Below are positions 28,176 through 42,498 of a stretch of DNA of 64,000 nucleotides, in pieces (within the stretch, counting starts at the first letter, position 1; every line of letters begins with the position of its first letter). Origin of the DNA: a bacterium (GTDB taxonomy: Bacteria > UBA8248). Where the stretch lies: the NCBI GenBank assembly GCA_965203325.1, contig OZ241875.1:2272001-2336000 (forward strand). The letters are read 5' to 3'. Made by a program: the position numbers and the translations under genes. The notes beneath the pieces are model-generated. The model worked only from the letters and a program-made list of their open reading frames with translations. It did not search any database and was not told the origin of the DNA.

Positions 28176-29327
28176 ATGTCAAACAAAACGAAAAGCAAAC
28201 CGGAGAGCCTGCGTTTCACTCCCCCTGAGCGCAGAAAGTTCAGAAAGCGCATCCTGGGGTGGTACGAGCGGGAGAAAAGAGAACTCCCCTGGCGCGGAGA
28301 GAAAGACCCCTACCGGATATGGGTGTCGGAGGCCATGCTCCAGCAGACCCGGGCGGATACCGTCCGGCTGCGTTATCCCGCTTTCATCGAGCGGTTTCCC
28401 ACCCTGGCCGCCCTGGCCGACGCACCCCTGGACGCCGTATTGGCCGAATGGCAGGGACTCGGCTATTACAGCCGCGCGAGGAACCTGCACCGCGCCGCAC
28501 AGGAGGTGATGAGCCAAGGCGGGGGCGGGATGCCCGAAACGCGCGATGCGCTTTTGGCCTTGCCAGGGGTCGGCCCCTACATGGCGGGGGCCATCGCCAG
28601 CATCGCCTTCGGTGAGCGTTGCGCGGCCATCGACGGGAACATCTTTAGAATCATGAGCCGGATTCTCAACATCTCGACACCCATCGACATTCCGCCTGCA
28701 CAAAAAACCATCCATGAAGAAACGCAAGCGCTGGTTCCGCGTGCCAGGCCCGGCGACTTCAACCAGGCGCTGATGGATTTGGGCGCCCGAATCTGCCTTC
28801 CCAAAACCCCTGATTGCGCGCGATGTCCCGTCCGCGCACACTGTGCCGGCCACGATGCCGGAACCCAGAACGCCCTGCCGGTAAAAACCGCCAAAAAACC
28901 GCCCGCGCCGTATACCTTTTTTCAGTTCCGGGCGGAGCGGGACGGATTGGTTCTTCTGGCCCAAAGGGAGAAAACCGGCCTTTTCGGCGGCATGTGGGAG
29001 CTGCCCGGCTTCATGGTGGAGGGCCACCACGAGAAGATGGACCCCCGCCGCCTGAGAACGCAGTGCGCCGAACTTCTCGGGACGGGCTGGCGGCCGGGAC
29101 GCGAACTCGCCAGAACCACCCGAACGCTCACCCACAGAAAGATTCTGTTCGTCGTACACCTGGCGGAAAATTTCGAGAAGGGCGCGCCGCAAGCAAACCA
29201 GAACGGATTGCTCTGGGCGTCCGGGGAGGATTTTCGCACGCTGGCCATCTCCACCGCCCAGCGCGCCGCATGGCGCGCCGCTGAAAGCGCGCTCCACAAT
29301 TTAGAGGGAAAACAAGGCGAAGGATGA
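28176..29327 (+). CDS. mutY: A/G-specific adenine glycosylase MutY
   Basis: LPWR...DPY.IWVSE.MLQQT, GLGYYSRARNLH, LPGVGPY, NQALMDLGA.IC.P..P.C..CP....C. Confidence 0.93.
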   Translation: MSNKTKSKPESLRFTPPERRKFRKRILGWYEREKRELPWRGEKDPYRIWVSEAMLQQTRADTVRLRYPAFIERFPTLAALADAPLDAVLAEWQGLGYYSRARNLHRAAQEVMSQGGGGMPETRDALLALPGVGPYMAGAIASIAFGERCAAIDGNIFRIMSRILNISTPIDIPPAQKTIHEETQALVPRARPGDFNQALMDLGARICLPKTPDCARCPVRAHCAGHDAGTQNALPVKTAKKPPAPYTFFQFRAERDGLVLLAQREKTGLFGGMWELPGFMVEGHHEKMDPRRLRTQCAELLGTGWRPGRELARTTRTLTHRKILFVVHLAENFEKGAPQANQNGLLWASGEDFRTLAISTAQRAAWRAAESALHNLEGKQGEG

Positions 29328-29370
29328 GGTCCGGGCGCGCCACCCGCTTTCCGGATCCGTTCCCTGAAGC

Positions 29371-30273
29371 CTACCTGCCGAAGTGATCCGCCAGATAATT
29401 CTCGAGCGTTCTGGGCGTGAGGCCGAAGGCTTCTTTCATGGGCGCCGGGTCGCACACGTTGTCCTCGCCCAGCATCGTTATCTGATCCTCGGTGAAGGGA
29501 GGCTTCATCGGTAGCAGGTTGAACAGTTTGGCCTGCAAGCGCGCAATGGAGACGGGCAGGGGCGCGAGCAGCCTCTTCTTGCCCATCGCCTTCACCAGCA
29601 TGGAGAGAATCTCCCGGACCGGGTACGCGGTGTCTCCGCCCATGTCGTAAGTCTGTCCGATGGTCTCGGGCATACCCAGGCACTGCGCGAAACAACGGCA
29701 CACGTCCTCCACCCAGATGGGCTGGAGCTTGCCGTTTCCTCCGCCGATGAGGGGAAGGGCGGGCGCCATGCGCGCGATGCCGGCGAAGGTGTTCAGGAAC
29801 TCGTCGTTCTCACCGAAGATGATGGAGGGTCTGAAGATCGTCCAGTCCAGATCGCTCTCGCGAACGAACTGCTCGGCGGCGTATTTGGATTTATGGTACC
29901 GGGCGACGGCGTTCTCCCGCGTGCCCAGGGCGCTCATGTGCACGAAACGCTTCACCCCCGCCTGCTCGGCGGCGGCGACCATGCGGCGCGTGCCCTCGGT
30001 ATGAACCGCCTCGAAGCCGGGCGTTCCCTTCTCGATGATGATGCCCACCAGGTGAATCACGGCATCTTGTTTCTTCATCAGCTCGGCGAGTTGGTCGACC
30101 GAATACTCCGTGATGTCGCCCCGCACGGGAAAGGCCCCGCTCATCGAGGTGAGGCGCTGCCTCGCCGGTTCGGGGTCGCGCGAGAGCACCCTCGTCTCAT
30201 GGCCCGCCAAAGAGAGAAGCGAAAGGAGCGTGCCGCCGACATATCCAGTTCCGCCCGTCAGAAAAACCTTCAT
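29371..30273 (-). CDS. NDUFA9-like NAD(P)-dependent epimerase/dehydratase
   Basis: TGGTGYVG, HLVGII.E, HMSALG, Y..SK, RPSIIFG, QPIWVEDV. Confidence 0.87.
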   Translation of the reverse strand: MKVFLTGGTGYVGGTLLSLLSLAGHETRVLSRDPEPARQRLTSMSGAFPVRGDITEYSVDQLAELMKKQDAVIHLVGIIIEKGTPGFEAVHTEGTRRMVAAAEQAGVKRFVHMSALGTRENAVARYHKSKYAAEQFVRESDLDWTIFRPSIIFGENDEFLNTFAGIARMAPALPLIGGGNGKLQPIWVEDVCRCFAQCLGMPETIGQTYDMGGDTAYPVREILSMLVKAMGKKRLLAPLPVSIARLQAKLFNLLPMKPPFTEDQITMLGEDNVCDPAPMKEAFGLTPRTLENYLADHFGR

Positions 30274-30276
30274 GAT

Positions 30277-31599
30277 TCACTTCCTCCCCCACGAAGCGGA
30301 TGGTTCCGCTCGGCGATCGCCTCCGATGCGCGTGACAGCGCCCACCGGAGGTTCGTTCTTCGTCAACTCCCGCAATACCTCGCTCGCATAGGACCCCGGC
30401 GGCAAGGTGAACTTGAAGCGCAGGCCCTCCTTTTCCGGCCTCAGGCTCAGTTCCTTTATTTGTACACGATACGGGCGCCTGGAGCCATGAAGATTCAGCT
30501 TCTCAAGCCCGTCGAGCGTTCCCGGGCCTCCGACGCCGAGGGAGTCTAGCACGCTTCGCTCGAGTTTTCCCGCCTCCCCCCGGGCTTCGACGAGTTTCCG
30601 GCCAATCAGCGGTCCCGCCGGGCTCACCTCGAATCGCGCCAGCGAGCGCTCCTCCGCCTCGGGCGCGCCCACCCTCCTGGTCTTGCCCGTTTCGTGGTGA
30701 AAAACCACGTCGCCCGCCCAGAGACGGTCATGCGCGCGCGCTTCGAGCCTTCTCGCGAGACACGAGTTGAACACGGCGGCCTGGAACGCGCCGCCGTACA
30801 AGACCCGCTCTCTGGCGGGAATCGAAGCCGCCGCCTGCCGTGGCGAGCCGCCTTTTTCCAGGCGGGCGAGTGCGCGCCTCTCCGCCTCCCACGAGGGAGG
30901 GTAGAGCTCTCTCGCCCTCTGGAACTCACCCGCCTCATACCTGCGGGCGGCTTCCAGCAAGCGCTCGTCCGCATCGTTCCGCGTGGATGCAAATCTCGCG
31001 CCGCCCAGGAGCGCATCGAGAACGCCTCGCCAGTCTTCCCTCGCGAGCGCGAAGCCGACTCGCGCCGTATGGCCGTGAACCCCGAACCTCTGATCGCCGA
31101 ACGCGTTGGGCAGCCCCCGCGCAACGAGATGATCCAGAATCTCCTGCGCTCTTTCCTCCGCCTCGGGCGCGACGCCTCGAACGAATATCTCGAAGCGGTT
31201 GCCCGAAAGCGCCCCCCGCCTGATGCGGCTCCGGGAGCGCGCCGCCTGAAGAACCAGGATGCCTCTTTGTTCAAGTTTCGATGCGGCGCCCGGAATCCCT
31301 CGCGTTTTCGTCCTGAAGGAAAACCACTGCCTCGTCACCGCATTGGCGTCTTTGAGTCCCGCATAGCCTGCTTCCGCCTCGGATGCGCCCAGCGCGCGGC
31401 GCAAGGCGCGCAGCGCCTCTATGGTCGAGACGCCACGCTTCTCCACCCACAAGTGGAGGTGTTCCCCGTCGCCGCTCGGTGGCGCGAGCGGAACCTCCTC
31501 CACGCGAAAATCCTCCGGCATCGCGCGCAGGCGTCCGCCTGTGCCGGGCACGGAACCGGTGAGATACGCTCCCGCCAATTTTCCCTCCCTTGAAATCAT
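30277..31599 (-). CDS. truD: tRNA pseudouridine(13) synthase TruD
   Basis: PEDFRVEE, YAGLKD..AVTRQ, GNRF.I, PN.FG.QRFG, F.LPPGSYA. Confidence 0.9.
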   Translation of the reverse strand: MISREGKLAGAYLTGSVPGTGGRLRAMPEDFRVEEVPLAPPSGDGEHLHLWVEKRGVSTIEALRALRRALGASEAEAGYAGLKDANAVTRQWFSFRTKTRGIPGAASKLEQRGILVLQAARSRSRIRRGALSGNRFEIFVRGVAPEAEERAQEILDHLVARGLPNAFGDQRFGVHGHTARVGFALAREDWRGVLDALLGGARFASTRNDADERLLEAARRYEAGEFQRARELYPPSWEAERRALARLEKGGSPRQAAASIPARERVLYGGAFQAAVFNSCLARRLEARAHDRLWAGDVVFHHETGKTRRVGAPEAEERSLARFEVSPAGPLIGRKLVEARGEAGKLERSVLDSLGVGGPGTLDGLEKLNLHGSRRPYRVQIKELSLRPEKEGLRFKFTLPPGSYASEVLRELTKNEPPVGAVTRIGGDRRAEPSASWGRK

Positions 31600-31728
31600 G
31601 GAAAACAGAGGCCTTCGATTCCTCGCCGAGAAGGTTCACTCCGCGCGCCCTTAGGGCTATACTCGCGGTTCCTGCCGAGGGGCTCCTCCCGGCTTCTTGT
31701 TGCAACCCGCTTTCTATGAGGAACGAAC

Positions 31729-32247
31729 ATGTCCGGCATTTTCGACAAGACTTCTCTTTTTCTCGCGGGCATTGCGCTGCTCCTGGCGTTTCTGGCGTAT
31801 CAGAAATCCGGCGAGCTGCCCTGGGCTCCCGCGGGCCGCGCGGGAAGCCTCATCGTGAACATTCTTCCCAAGCTCGTGATCGGCATGTTCATCGGCGCGC
31901 TCGTGGCCGACGTCCTGCCGAAGGAGATTCTGCAGAACTGGCTCTCCGATCGCTCCGGCTGGCGCGGCATCTTCGTCGGATGGCTGGCGGGGTTCATGTT
32001 CCCCATGGGCGCGCCCTTCGTACTCTATCCGCTCGTGGCCGGGCTTCTGCAGGGGGGTGCGGGCTTCGGGCCGATGATAACGATGCTCACCTCAGCAGCC
32101 CTGATCGGCCCGGTGCGCGCGTTCGCGTATGAAATCCCCATCCTCGGATCGGAGTTCTTCATGTTCCGCGTAATGGCCGTGTTCTGGATTCCGCCCGTGG
32201 CGGGCCTCGTCGCGCAAACGCTCGCGCGCGTCCTGAAAGGCGGCTAG
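31729..32247 (+). CDS. Small permease-like membrane protein
   Basis: Largely hydrophobic, LP......WL...SG.RG and P....L...GAG.G; GAGGA upstream. Confidence 0.7.
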   Translation: MSGIFDKTSLFLAGIALLLAFLAYQKSGELPWAPAGRAGSLIVNILPKLVIGMFIGALVADVLPKEILQNWLSDRSGWRGIFVGWLAGFMFPMGAPFVLYPLVAGLLQGGAGFGPMITMLTSAALIGPVRAFAYEIPILGSEFFMFRVMAVFWIPPVAGLVAQTLARVLKGG

Positions 32248-33143
32248 GCGCTTCTTCGGGGGACTTCGATGGGCAGATCTTCCCTGTCGCCCCACTCCTT
32301 CCAGGAGCCGAGATAGTTTCTGATCCTCGGGTAGCCCAGCAGCCGGTAGACGAGGTAGGCGTGCGCCGAGCGGTAGCCGCCCTGGCAGAGCGGCACCATT
32401 TCCTTATCAGGCGTCAGGCCCCTCGGCTCGAGCAACCCCTCGAGTTCGGAGGCGGGCTTGAGCGATCCGTCCGCCGCGATGGCCTCGCTCCATTCGAGGT
32501 GGACCGAACCCGGAACCGCCCCGCCGCGCGCCGCCCGGACGTTCTCTGCGAAATACTCGCCCTCCGAGCGCGTATCGTGAATCGCAACGTCCGTATCGCC
32601 CAGATGATCCAGTATGTACTCCGCCGTGGCGATGCGCCCTTCTTCATACGGCTTCAAGCGGCTCGCGAACGCGGTTCTTAAAATGCGCTTGTGGCCTTCG
32701 ACACCCGCCTCGTAGGGGCCTCCCGCCATCGGCCATGCGTCGCGCGTGAGGGGCAGCCCTGCGGCCTTCCAGGCGTCAATGCCGCCGTCCAGGACGTGCG
32801 CGTCCTCGTGGCCGAGATATTCCAGGAACCAGAACCCGCGCGCCGAGCGGAAACCCGTGTTCTCCTGATAGAAGACCACCGTCTTGTCGTAGTCGACGCC
32901 CCGTATCTCCATAAGATAGGCGAGCATCCAGGTGAAGGCGGCCAGCGCCTGGGGCCGGGTGTCGTTGAGCGAGATTCCGTAGAGATCCAGGTGCGCGGCG
33001 CCTTCGATGTGGCCCGCGCAAAACTCCGGCGCCTGACGGGTGTCGATGATGACGAGGTCGTCGCCCTTTCGTTCGCCGATGCGCTCTGCGAGTTGCGCGG
33101 GCGTGAGGGCGAGGCCCGGGTTCGCGCAGCCTTTCTCGCTCAC
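32244..33143 (-). CDS. Two-domain sulfurtransferase (rhodanese/SseA family)
   Basis: IDTR...F..GHI.GA, LDGG..AW, active-site loop CQGGYRS, NYLGSW.EW. Confidence 0.9.
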   Translation of the reverse strand: MSEKGCANPGLALTPAQLAERIGERKGDDLVIIDTRQAPEFCAGHIEGAAHLDLYGISLNDTRPQALAAFTWMLAYLMEIRGVDYDKTVVFYQENTGFRSARGFWFLEYLGHEDAHVLDGGIDAWKAAGLPLTRDAWPMAGGPYEAGVEGHKRILRTAFASRLKPYEEGRIATAEYILDHLGDTDVAIHDTRSEGEYFAENVRAARGGAVPGSVHLEWSEAIAADGSLKPASELEGLLEPRGLTPDKEMVPLCQGGYRSAHAYLVYRLLGYPRIRNYLGSWKEWGDREDLPIEVPRRSA

Positions 33144-33154
33144 CGGAAAGCTCC

Positions 33155-33697
33155 TTACCGAAACTCGCGGGGGCTTAACGGTTCAAGCTGGTCCGTGAGC
33201 TCTCTCGTCGTGGGCGAGGCCTGCAGCGGACGCACGTACACCTTCGCCTTCCCCTCGGGGGTGACGAAGCGGTAGCTCAGCTTGGCGACCTGGCCGTAGT
33301 TGTACCATACGTGCGTGTTGCGCTCTCCGCCGGTGACCAGGAGCAGATGGATCATCTCGACCGCTCCGTCGGAGCGAGTGATAAGCTCGAGCCGGTCGAT
33401 CTCGCGGGCGAAGGTTTCGGATTTTCCCGTCGCCAGCGTGATGGTGACGATGAGGTCCAGGGGACGCTGCGGTTGCGCAGGCGCAAGGGGGGCCTGCGGC
33501 GGCATCGCGGGCGCGGGTGGTGACAGGGCCGGGGCCGCTTGAGGCTGGCCGGGAACAACTCCGGGCGAAGCGGGCTGCGCCTCGGGCGGCGTCAGCGGCG
33601 GCGGCGTCAGGCTCTGCGCCTGGGCGCCCGCCGCCAAAAGAACCACCCCGAGCACGGCGAACAACAATTTCGGGAACCTTGTCTTGATTAAAAACAT
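33155..33697 (-). CDS. Hypothetical exported protein with Pro-rich N-terminus
   Basis: Signal peptide ending AQA, P/A/Q-rich linker; AAAAGGAGA upstream. Confidence 0.7.
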   Translation of the reverse strand: MFLIKTRFPKLLFAVLGVVLLAAGAQAQSLTPPPLTPPEAQPASPGVVPGQPQAAPALSPPAPAMPPQAPLAPAQPQRPLDLIVTITLATGKSETFAREIDRLELITRSDGAVEMIHLLLVTGGERNTHVWYNYGQVAKLSYRFVTPEGKAKVYVRPLQASPTTRELTDQLEPLSPREFR

Positions 33698-33760
33698 GGT
33701 CTCTCCTTTTTCAGGGAGTCGCGCTTTGTATGTGTTCGAATGATGTGCGCCTATTATACC

Positions 33761-35350
33761 TCATTTCGCCGCATCCGCAGCGCACCGAAACCCATACGCC
33801 GGCAATCGGCGCCCGGGAACGTCGCCCGTTCTGTGCGATGAGACTAGCGCCCACCACCCGTTCACCCAGGATCCCCCCTTGAGCGTTCGGAGCGCGCGGC
33901 CGTTCTGCTTGATCGACCGGGCGCCATCGGGCGTATTCCTGAATTCATCCTCCACCCACTCCCAGACGTTTCCGGCCAAATCCTCCACCCCGTGAACGCT
34001 GGCGCCTTCGGGTCGCCTTCCCACGGCCTTGGGCCCTCCGGCGTCCGGGCTCAGGCCGAAAACGGCGTTCCTGTCGCGTTGCGTATTCCCCCACGGATAC
34101 CGCCTGCCCTTGCCCGCGCCCTGGGCGGCGTATTCCCATTCGGCCTCCGTGGGCAGCCGTTTCCCGGCCCAGGCGCAGTAGGCGCGCGCCTCCTGCCATG
34201 TAATCCCGACCACGGGCAGATGAGGTCCCGTGAAATGGACCTTGCGCCAAAACGGAGGTTCGGGGGCTTTTGTCGCCCGCACGAAATCCGCGTAAAGCGC
34301 GTTCGTCACCTCGAACTTGTCCAGACGGAAAGGCCCGACTTCGACGGGCCTGCCGCCGGTCGCCCTTGGAGGGGCTCTCCTGCGGCGCGATCTCCTGCGA
34401 GACCTTTTCGGGTAGGTGAACTCGGCCCCCATCATGAAGCGCCCGCCGGGAATCGGCACCATCCCCTCGAGAGAGGGCTTGCGGACGGGAGGCGGCGCGG
34501 CGTCTTCGGCGGGGCGCGGCAATGGCTTCAACGCCCCGGGGGCTGTTTCGGGGAGCGCGAGTTTTGCGGTTTCGGTTTCCGGTTCGGGCTTTCGCCGCGC
34601 TTCGGGCTCAGGTTTTGACTCCGCTTCCGGCGTCAACCCGGGTTCAGGCGCTGATGATACTTCCGGGACCGCTTCGGTTTCGGGCGAGGGTTCCCCGGCT
34701 TTTGCTTCCTCTTTCTTTCCCTTTTTCGTCGGAAGCCGGGGAGGGGGCAGGCCCTTGATGGCGCGCGCCTTGAGTTCATGCTCGATGTTGGCGAGTTCGG
34801 GCCATCTCGACTTATCGAGCGAGCCGAGCAGCGCCTTCGCCTCTTTCAGCCGCCCGTAGCGATACAGCAGATAGGCGAGACCGCGCCGCGCGCTGCCGCT
34901 CTCGGGATAACGCGCGTTCGCCCGCCGGAAAAAGAAAAAGGCCTCATCGGGGCGATTCGAGTCGTACAGGGTCCAGCCGAGCCCCGTGAGGGCGTGGAGA
35001 CGTTCGGGATCATGAACGAGCGCCTCGCGAAAGCTTTTCTCGGCGAACTTGTAATCCTCTTGCCGATAGGCCGATTCTCCCGTTGCGCTGAAAGTCTCGG
35101 CGCGGCTCGGCGGAGACGGCTCGGGCTCCGGCGGGGCCGCAACCTCCTCCGGAGAGGACGGTTTGCGCTCCGGCGGAAGCGCGGGGGCCACGGAAAGCGT
35201 TCGCTTTAAGGCTTGGACGGGGAGAGGGGCGTCTCGAGGCGTTCCCTGCTCAGGCGCAATCGCCTCCCGGGCGGACAGCTCTACGCCGTCACAGCCAAAA
35301 CCCAGGAATGCCAGCGCAACGAAACATGTCGAGAGCAAAGGCGGGAGCAT
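33761..35350 (-). CDS. Lipoprotein with TPR-like repeats and C-terminal FGE/SUMF1-like domain
   Basis: Lipobox-like LGFGC; helical TPR-like repeats; MV.IPGG.F.MG, EVTN..Y, RLPTEAEWEYAA, GNVWEW, GGSW, GFRC. Start could be 35377. Confidence 0.82.
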   Translation of the reverse strand: MLPPLLSTCFVALAFLGFGCDGVELSAREAIAPEQGTPRDAPLPVQALKRTLSVAPALPPERKPSSPEEVAAPPEPEPSPPSRAETFSATGESAYRQEDYKFAEKSFREALVHDPERLHALTGLGWTLYDSNRPDEAFFFFRRANARYPESGSARRGLAYLLYRYGRLKEAKALLGSLDKSRWPELANIEHELKARAIKGLPPPRLPTKKGKKEEAKAGEPSPETEAVPEVSSAPEPGLTPEAESKPEPEARRKPEPETETAKLALPETAPGALKPLPRPAEDAAPPPVRKPSLEGMVPIPGGRFMMGAEFTYPKRSRRRSRRRRAPPRATGGRPVEVGPFRLDKFEVTNALYADFVRATKAPEPPFWRKVHFTGPHLPVVGITWQEARAYCAWAGKRLPTEAEWEYAAQGAGKGRRYPWGNTQRDRNAVFGLSPDAGGPKAVGRRPEGASVHGVEDLAGNVWEWVEDEFRNTPDGARSIKQNGRALRTLKGGSWVNGWWALVSSHRTGDVPGRRLPAYGFRCAADAAK

Positions 35351-35388
35351 CGCCCCTTCATTTCTTTCTCGCATCACCCACCCAGTAT

Positions 35389-37818
<2,430 letters not shown>

Positions 37819-38128
37819 GCTCTCGAAAATCTCCTGCAGACGGCGTTATCTGGGGCCGTCCCAAAAGCTCCTGAAACCGGAGAGGGGCGAACCTGGGCGG
37901 GCGAAACACAAACACTGTCTTTTACCACAAAATGGGTGTGCCGGCAAACCAGGACAACCACTTGCGCAAACTTTACATGAGACGTAAGTGGCGTTTTTTC
38001 AAAAAGTTATGAGCTTCGGCCCTCTTTATTTCCAGCGATTGCCCAAGCGCTTTCATTCATGGACAATAAGGAGGCTCGGAAACGATGGTAAAATTCAGAT
38101 CCCGACCTGTTCTTGGGTGAGGAGAATT

Positions 38129-38587
38129 ATGCGACTCGCACTCTCGGCGCATTGCCGTATCTATCTGTTGGCGACCGTCGTTTTCCTTGCGTCGCTCCTC
38201 GCCGCTTCTATCATGGCTGAGAGCCATAAAGCCGGGAGCGGCGAGGCCCATTCATACGAAGTGGCAGACCTGATGGAGAAGCTCGACGCGGACTTCGGCG
38301 CGCTTGTGAAGGCCGCCCTCATCACCTCCGTTCAGGAACTCGTGAACGACACTCCTTACGCAACCATCGCAAAACACGCGGAATCAATGGTCACCACGGC
38401 GAAAGTCCTGCCCTCCGTTGAGGAATTCCAGGGGGACAACTCGATGCTCGCCCTCTCGCGCCAGCTCGAGGGCGCAGCCACTGCACTCGCCAGGGCGGCG
38501 AAGAGCAAAGATATCGCCGCGACCGCCAAGGCGTTGTTCGAGGTGCACGGCGCGTGTGTGCGCTGTCACGAAGAAGCGCGTTTCTAG
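38129..38587 (+). CDS. Exported cytochrome c'-like (class II) protein
   Basis: GAGGAG upstream, signal peptide, helical body, single C-terminal CVRCH heme motif. Confidence 0.78.
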   Translation: MRLALSAHCRIYLLATVVFLASLLAASIMAESHKAGSGEAHSYEVADLMEKLDADFGALVKAALITSVQELVNDTPYATIAKHAESMVTTAKVLPSVEEFQGDNSMLALSRQLEGAATALARAAKSKDIAATAKALFEVHGACVRCHEEARF

Positions 38588-38641
38588 TTCCGGGGAAATT
38601 CCGGACGTCACGGGTTTTGCGCGCGGGGTGGGGCTTGCGCG

Positions 38642-41149
<2,508 letters not shown>

Positions 41150-42265
41150 TCAATCTATCCTTTCAACCGTTGCGTCTCGAACCAGAAAAGTTCTTCCGTC
41201 AATCTCGTTTGCGCTCAAGCCGGGCTCCTCAGTCGACGTGATGAACGTTTGCGCTCCCAAGGAGCCGAGAAACAACAGCATCCTCTTTTTCCTGTCCACG
41301 TCGAGCTCGGAACCCAGATCGTCGAGTAAAACGACGGGGGGCTCCCCTCTCCTCTTCTTGTATTCCTCGGCGTTCGCCGACACCAGCAATATCGTAGTGA
41401 GCCGCTGTTCGCCCTGGGAAGCAACATCCTTCGCCCGGCGCCCCTCCCAAAACAGGTGGAAATCATCGAACCGGGGACCCCAAAGCGTCGCTTTTCTCCT
41501 TGCTTCCTCTCTCGCGAGCCTCCCGGCAGTCGCCTGCAGGCCCTCTCTTATATCCCCTTCCGCTTCCTCGTCTCCTCCCGGAAGACCATTGGCTTCATAT
41601 GCCACCGAAACCCTGGACCCCTGCGTTTCCCCAAACAAACTCTCCAGGTGATTCAGCCGGTTTTTCAGTGAATTTATGTATCTTTTCCTGCGGACGATAA
41701 TGCGGGCGGCCACCTCGATCAATCGCTCCTGCCACACCTGAATCATAGCAGATTCAGACTCGTTTCTCAAAAGATGATTCCTCTCCGAGAGCAGTTTCGC
41801 ATAGGCCCTGGAATCTTCGAGATGGGCCGGTTCGACGGCCGCGATCGCCTGATCGAAAAAACGTCTCCTCGCTCCGGGGCCCTCCTTGACTATCTGGGTC
41901 GTCTCGGGAAAAAAGACGATGACGTGGGAGCTATCGAGATAGGGCATCAAGCCCCGCAACTCCTGCCCGTCCTTCTTGTATTTTCTCTCACGTCCGCTTA
42001 CCGCAGCCTCAAGCCTTGTTTCCGCGCCGCCTTCGCCCCCGGAGAACACGCCGGACGCATACATTCCCCCTGCGCCGTGAAGCACCATCTTCTCCCTGGA
42101 TGCCCGCCGAAAAGAACGCAGATGCGAGAGGTAGTAAATGGCTTCCAGCAAGTTCGTCTTGCCCGATCCGTTGTTGCCGAAAATGTAGTTAAACCCAGGG
42201 TGTGGTTTGAACCCGAGCCTTGGGTAGTTCCTGAAGTTTTTAAGAGTGAGCTCGATGAGGCGCAA
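41150..42265 (-). CDS. recF: DNA replication/repair protein RecF
   Basis: NFRNY, GNNGSGKTNLLEAI, RRRF.D, SQGEQR, LLDD..SELD; located next to gyrB. Confidence 0.92.
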   Translation of the reverse strand: MRLIELTLKNFRNYPRLGFKPHPGFNYIFGNNGSGKTNLLEAIYYLSHLRSFRRASREKMVLHGAGGMYASGVFSGGEGGAETRLEAAVSGRERKYKKDGQELRGLMPYLDSSHVIVFFPETTQIVKEGPGARRRFFDQAIAAVEPAHLEDSRAYAKLLSERNHLLRNESESAMIQVWQERLIEVAARIIVRRKRYINSLKNRLNHLESLFGETQGSRVSVAYEANGLPGGDEEAEGDIREGLQATAGRLAREEARRKATLWGPRFDDFHLFWEGRRAKDVASQGEQRLTTILLVSANAEEYKKRRGEPPVVLLDDLGSELDVDRKKRMLLFLGSLGAQTFITSTEEPGLSANEIDGRTFLVRDATVERID

Positions 42266-42282
42266 AGGATATCCTCAGATGC

Positions 42283-42492
42283 TAATTCTTTTAGAACTAT
42301 ATAATACTTAAATAGCAGTAGTAGCGGGAGCGGTGATATTGTGGAAAACCTCGCAAGATGTTCAAAAAAGAGCGCTTTCCCGGCCAGGGGGGTGTGGAAT
42401 TATTTGTGATTCGAGGCGAATGGCTGGGTGTTTCTTCTTTGGGCGCGAGGAATGCAGGGCAATTAACGTGGTTATCCACAATTCTTTCCACG
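42283..42492. other. Replication origin (oriC) unwinding region between dnaA and recF
   Basis: Perfect DnaA box TTATCCACA (42472-42480), near-boxes TGTGGAAAA (42340-42348) and TGTGGAATT (42393-42401), trinucleotide run TAG CAG TAG TAG CGG GAG CGG (42313-42333), adjacent AT-rich tract. Confidence 0.8.
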
Positions 42493-42498
42493 GGTGTT

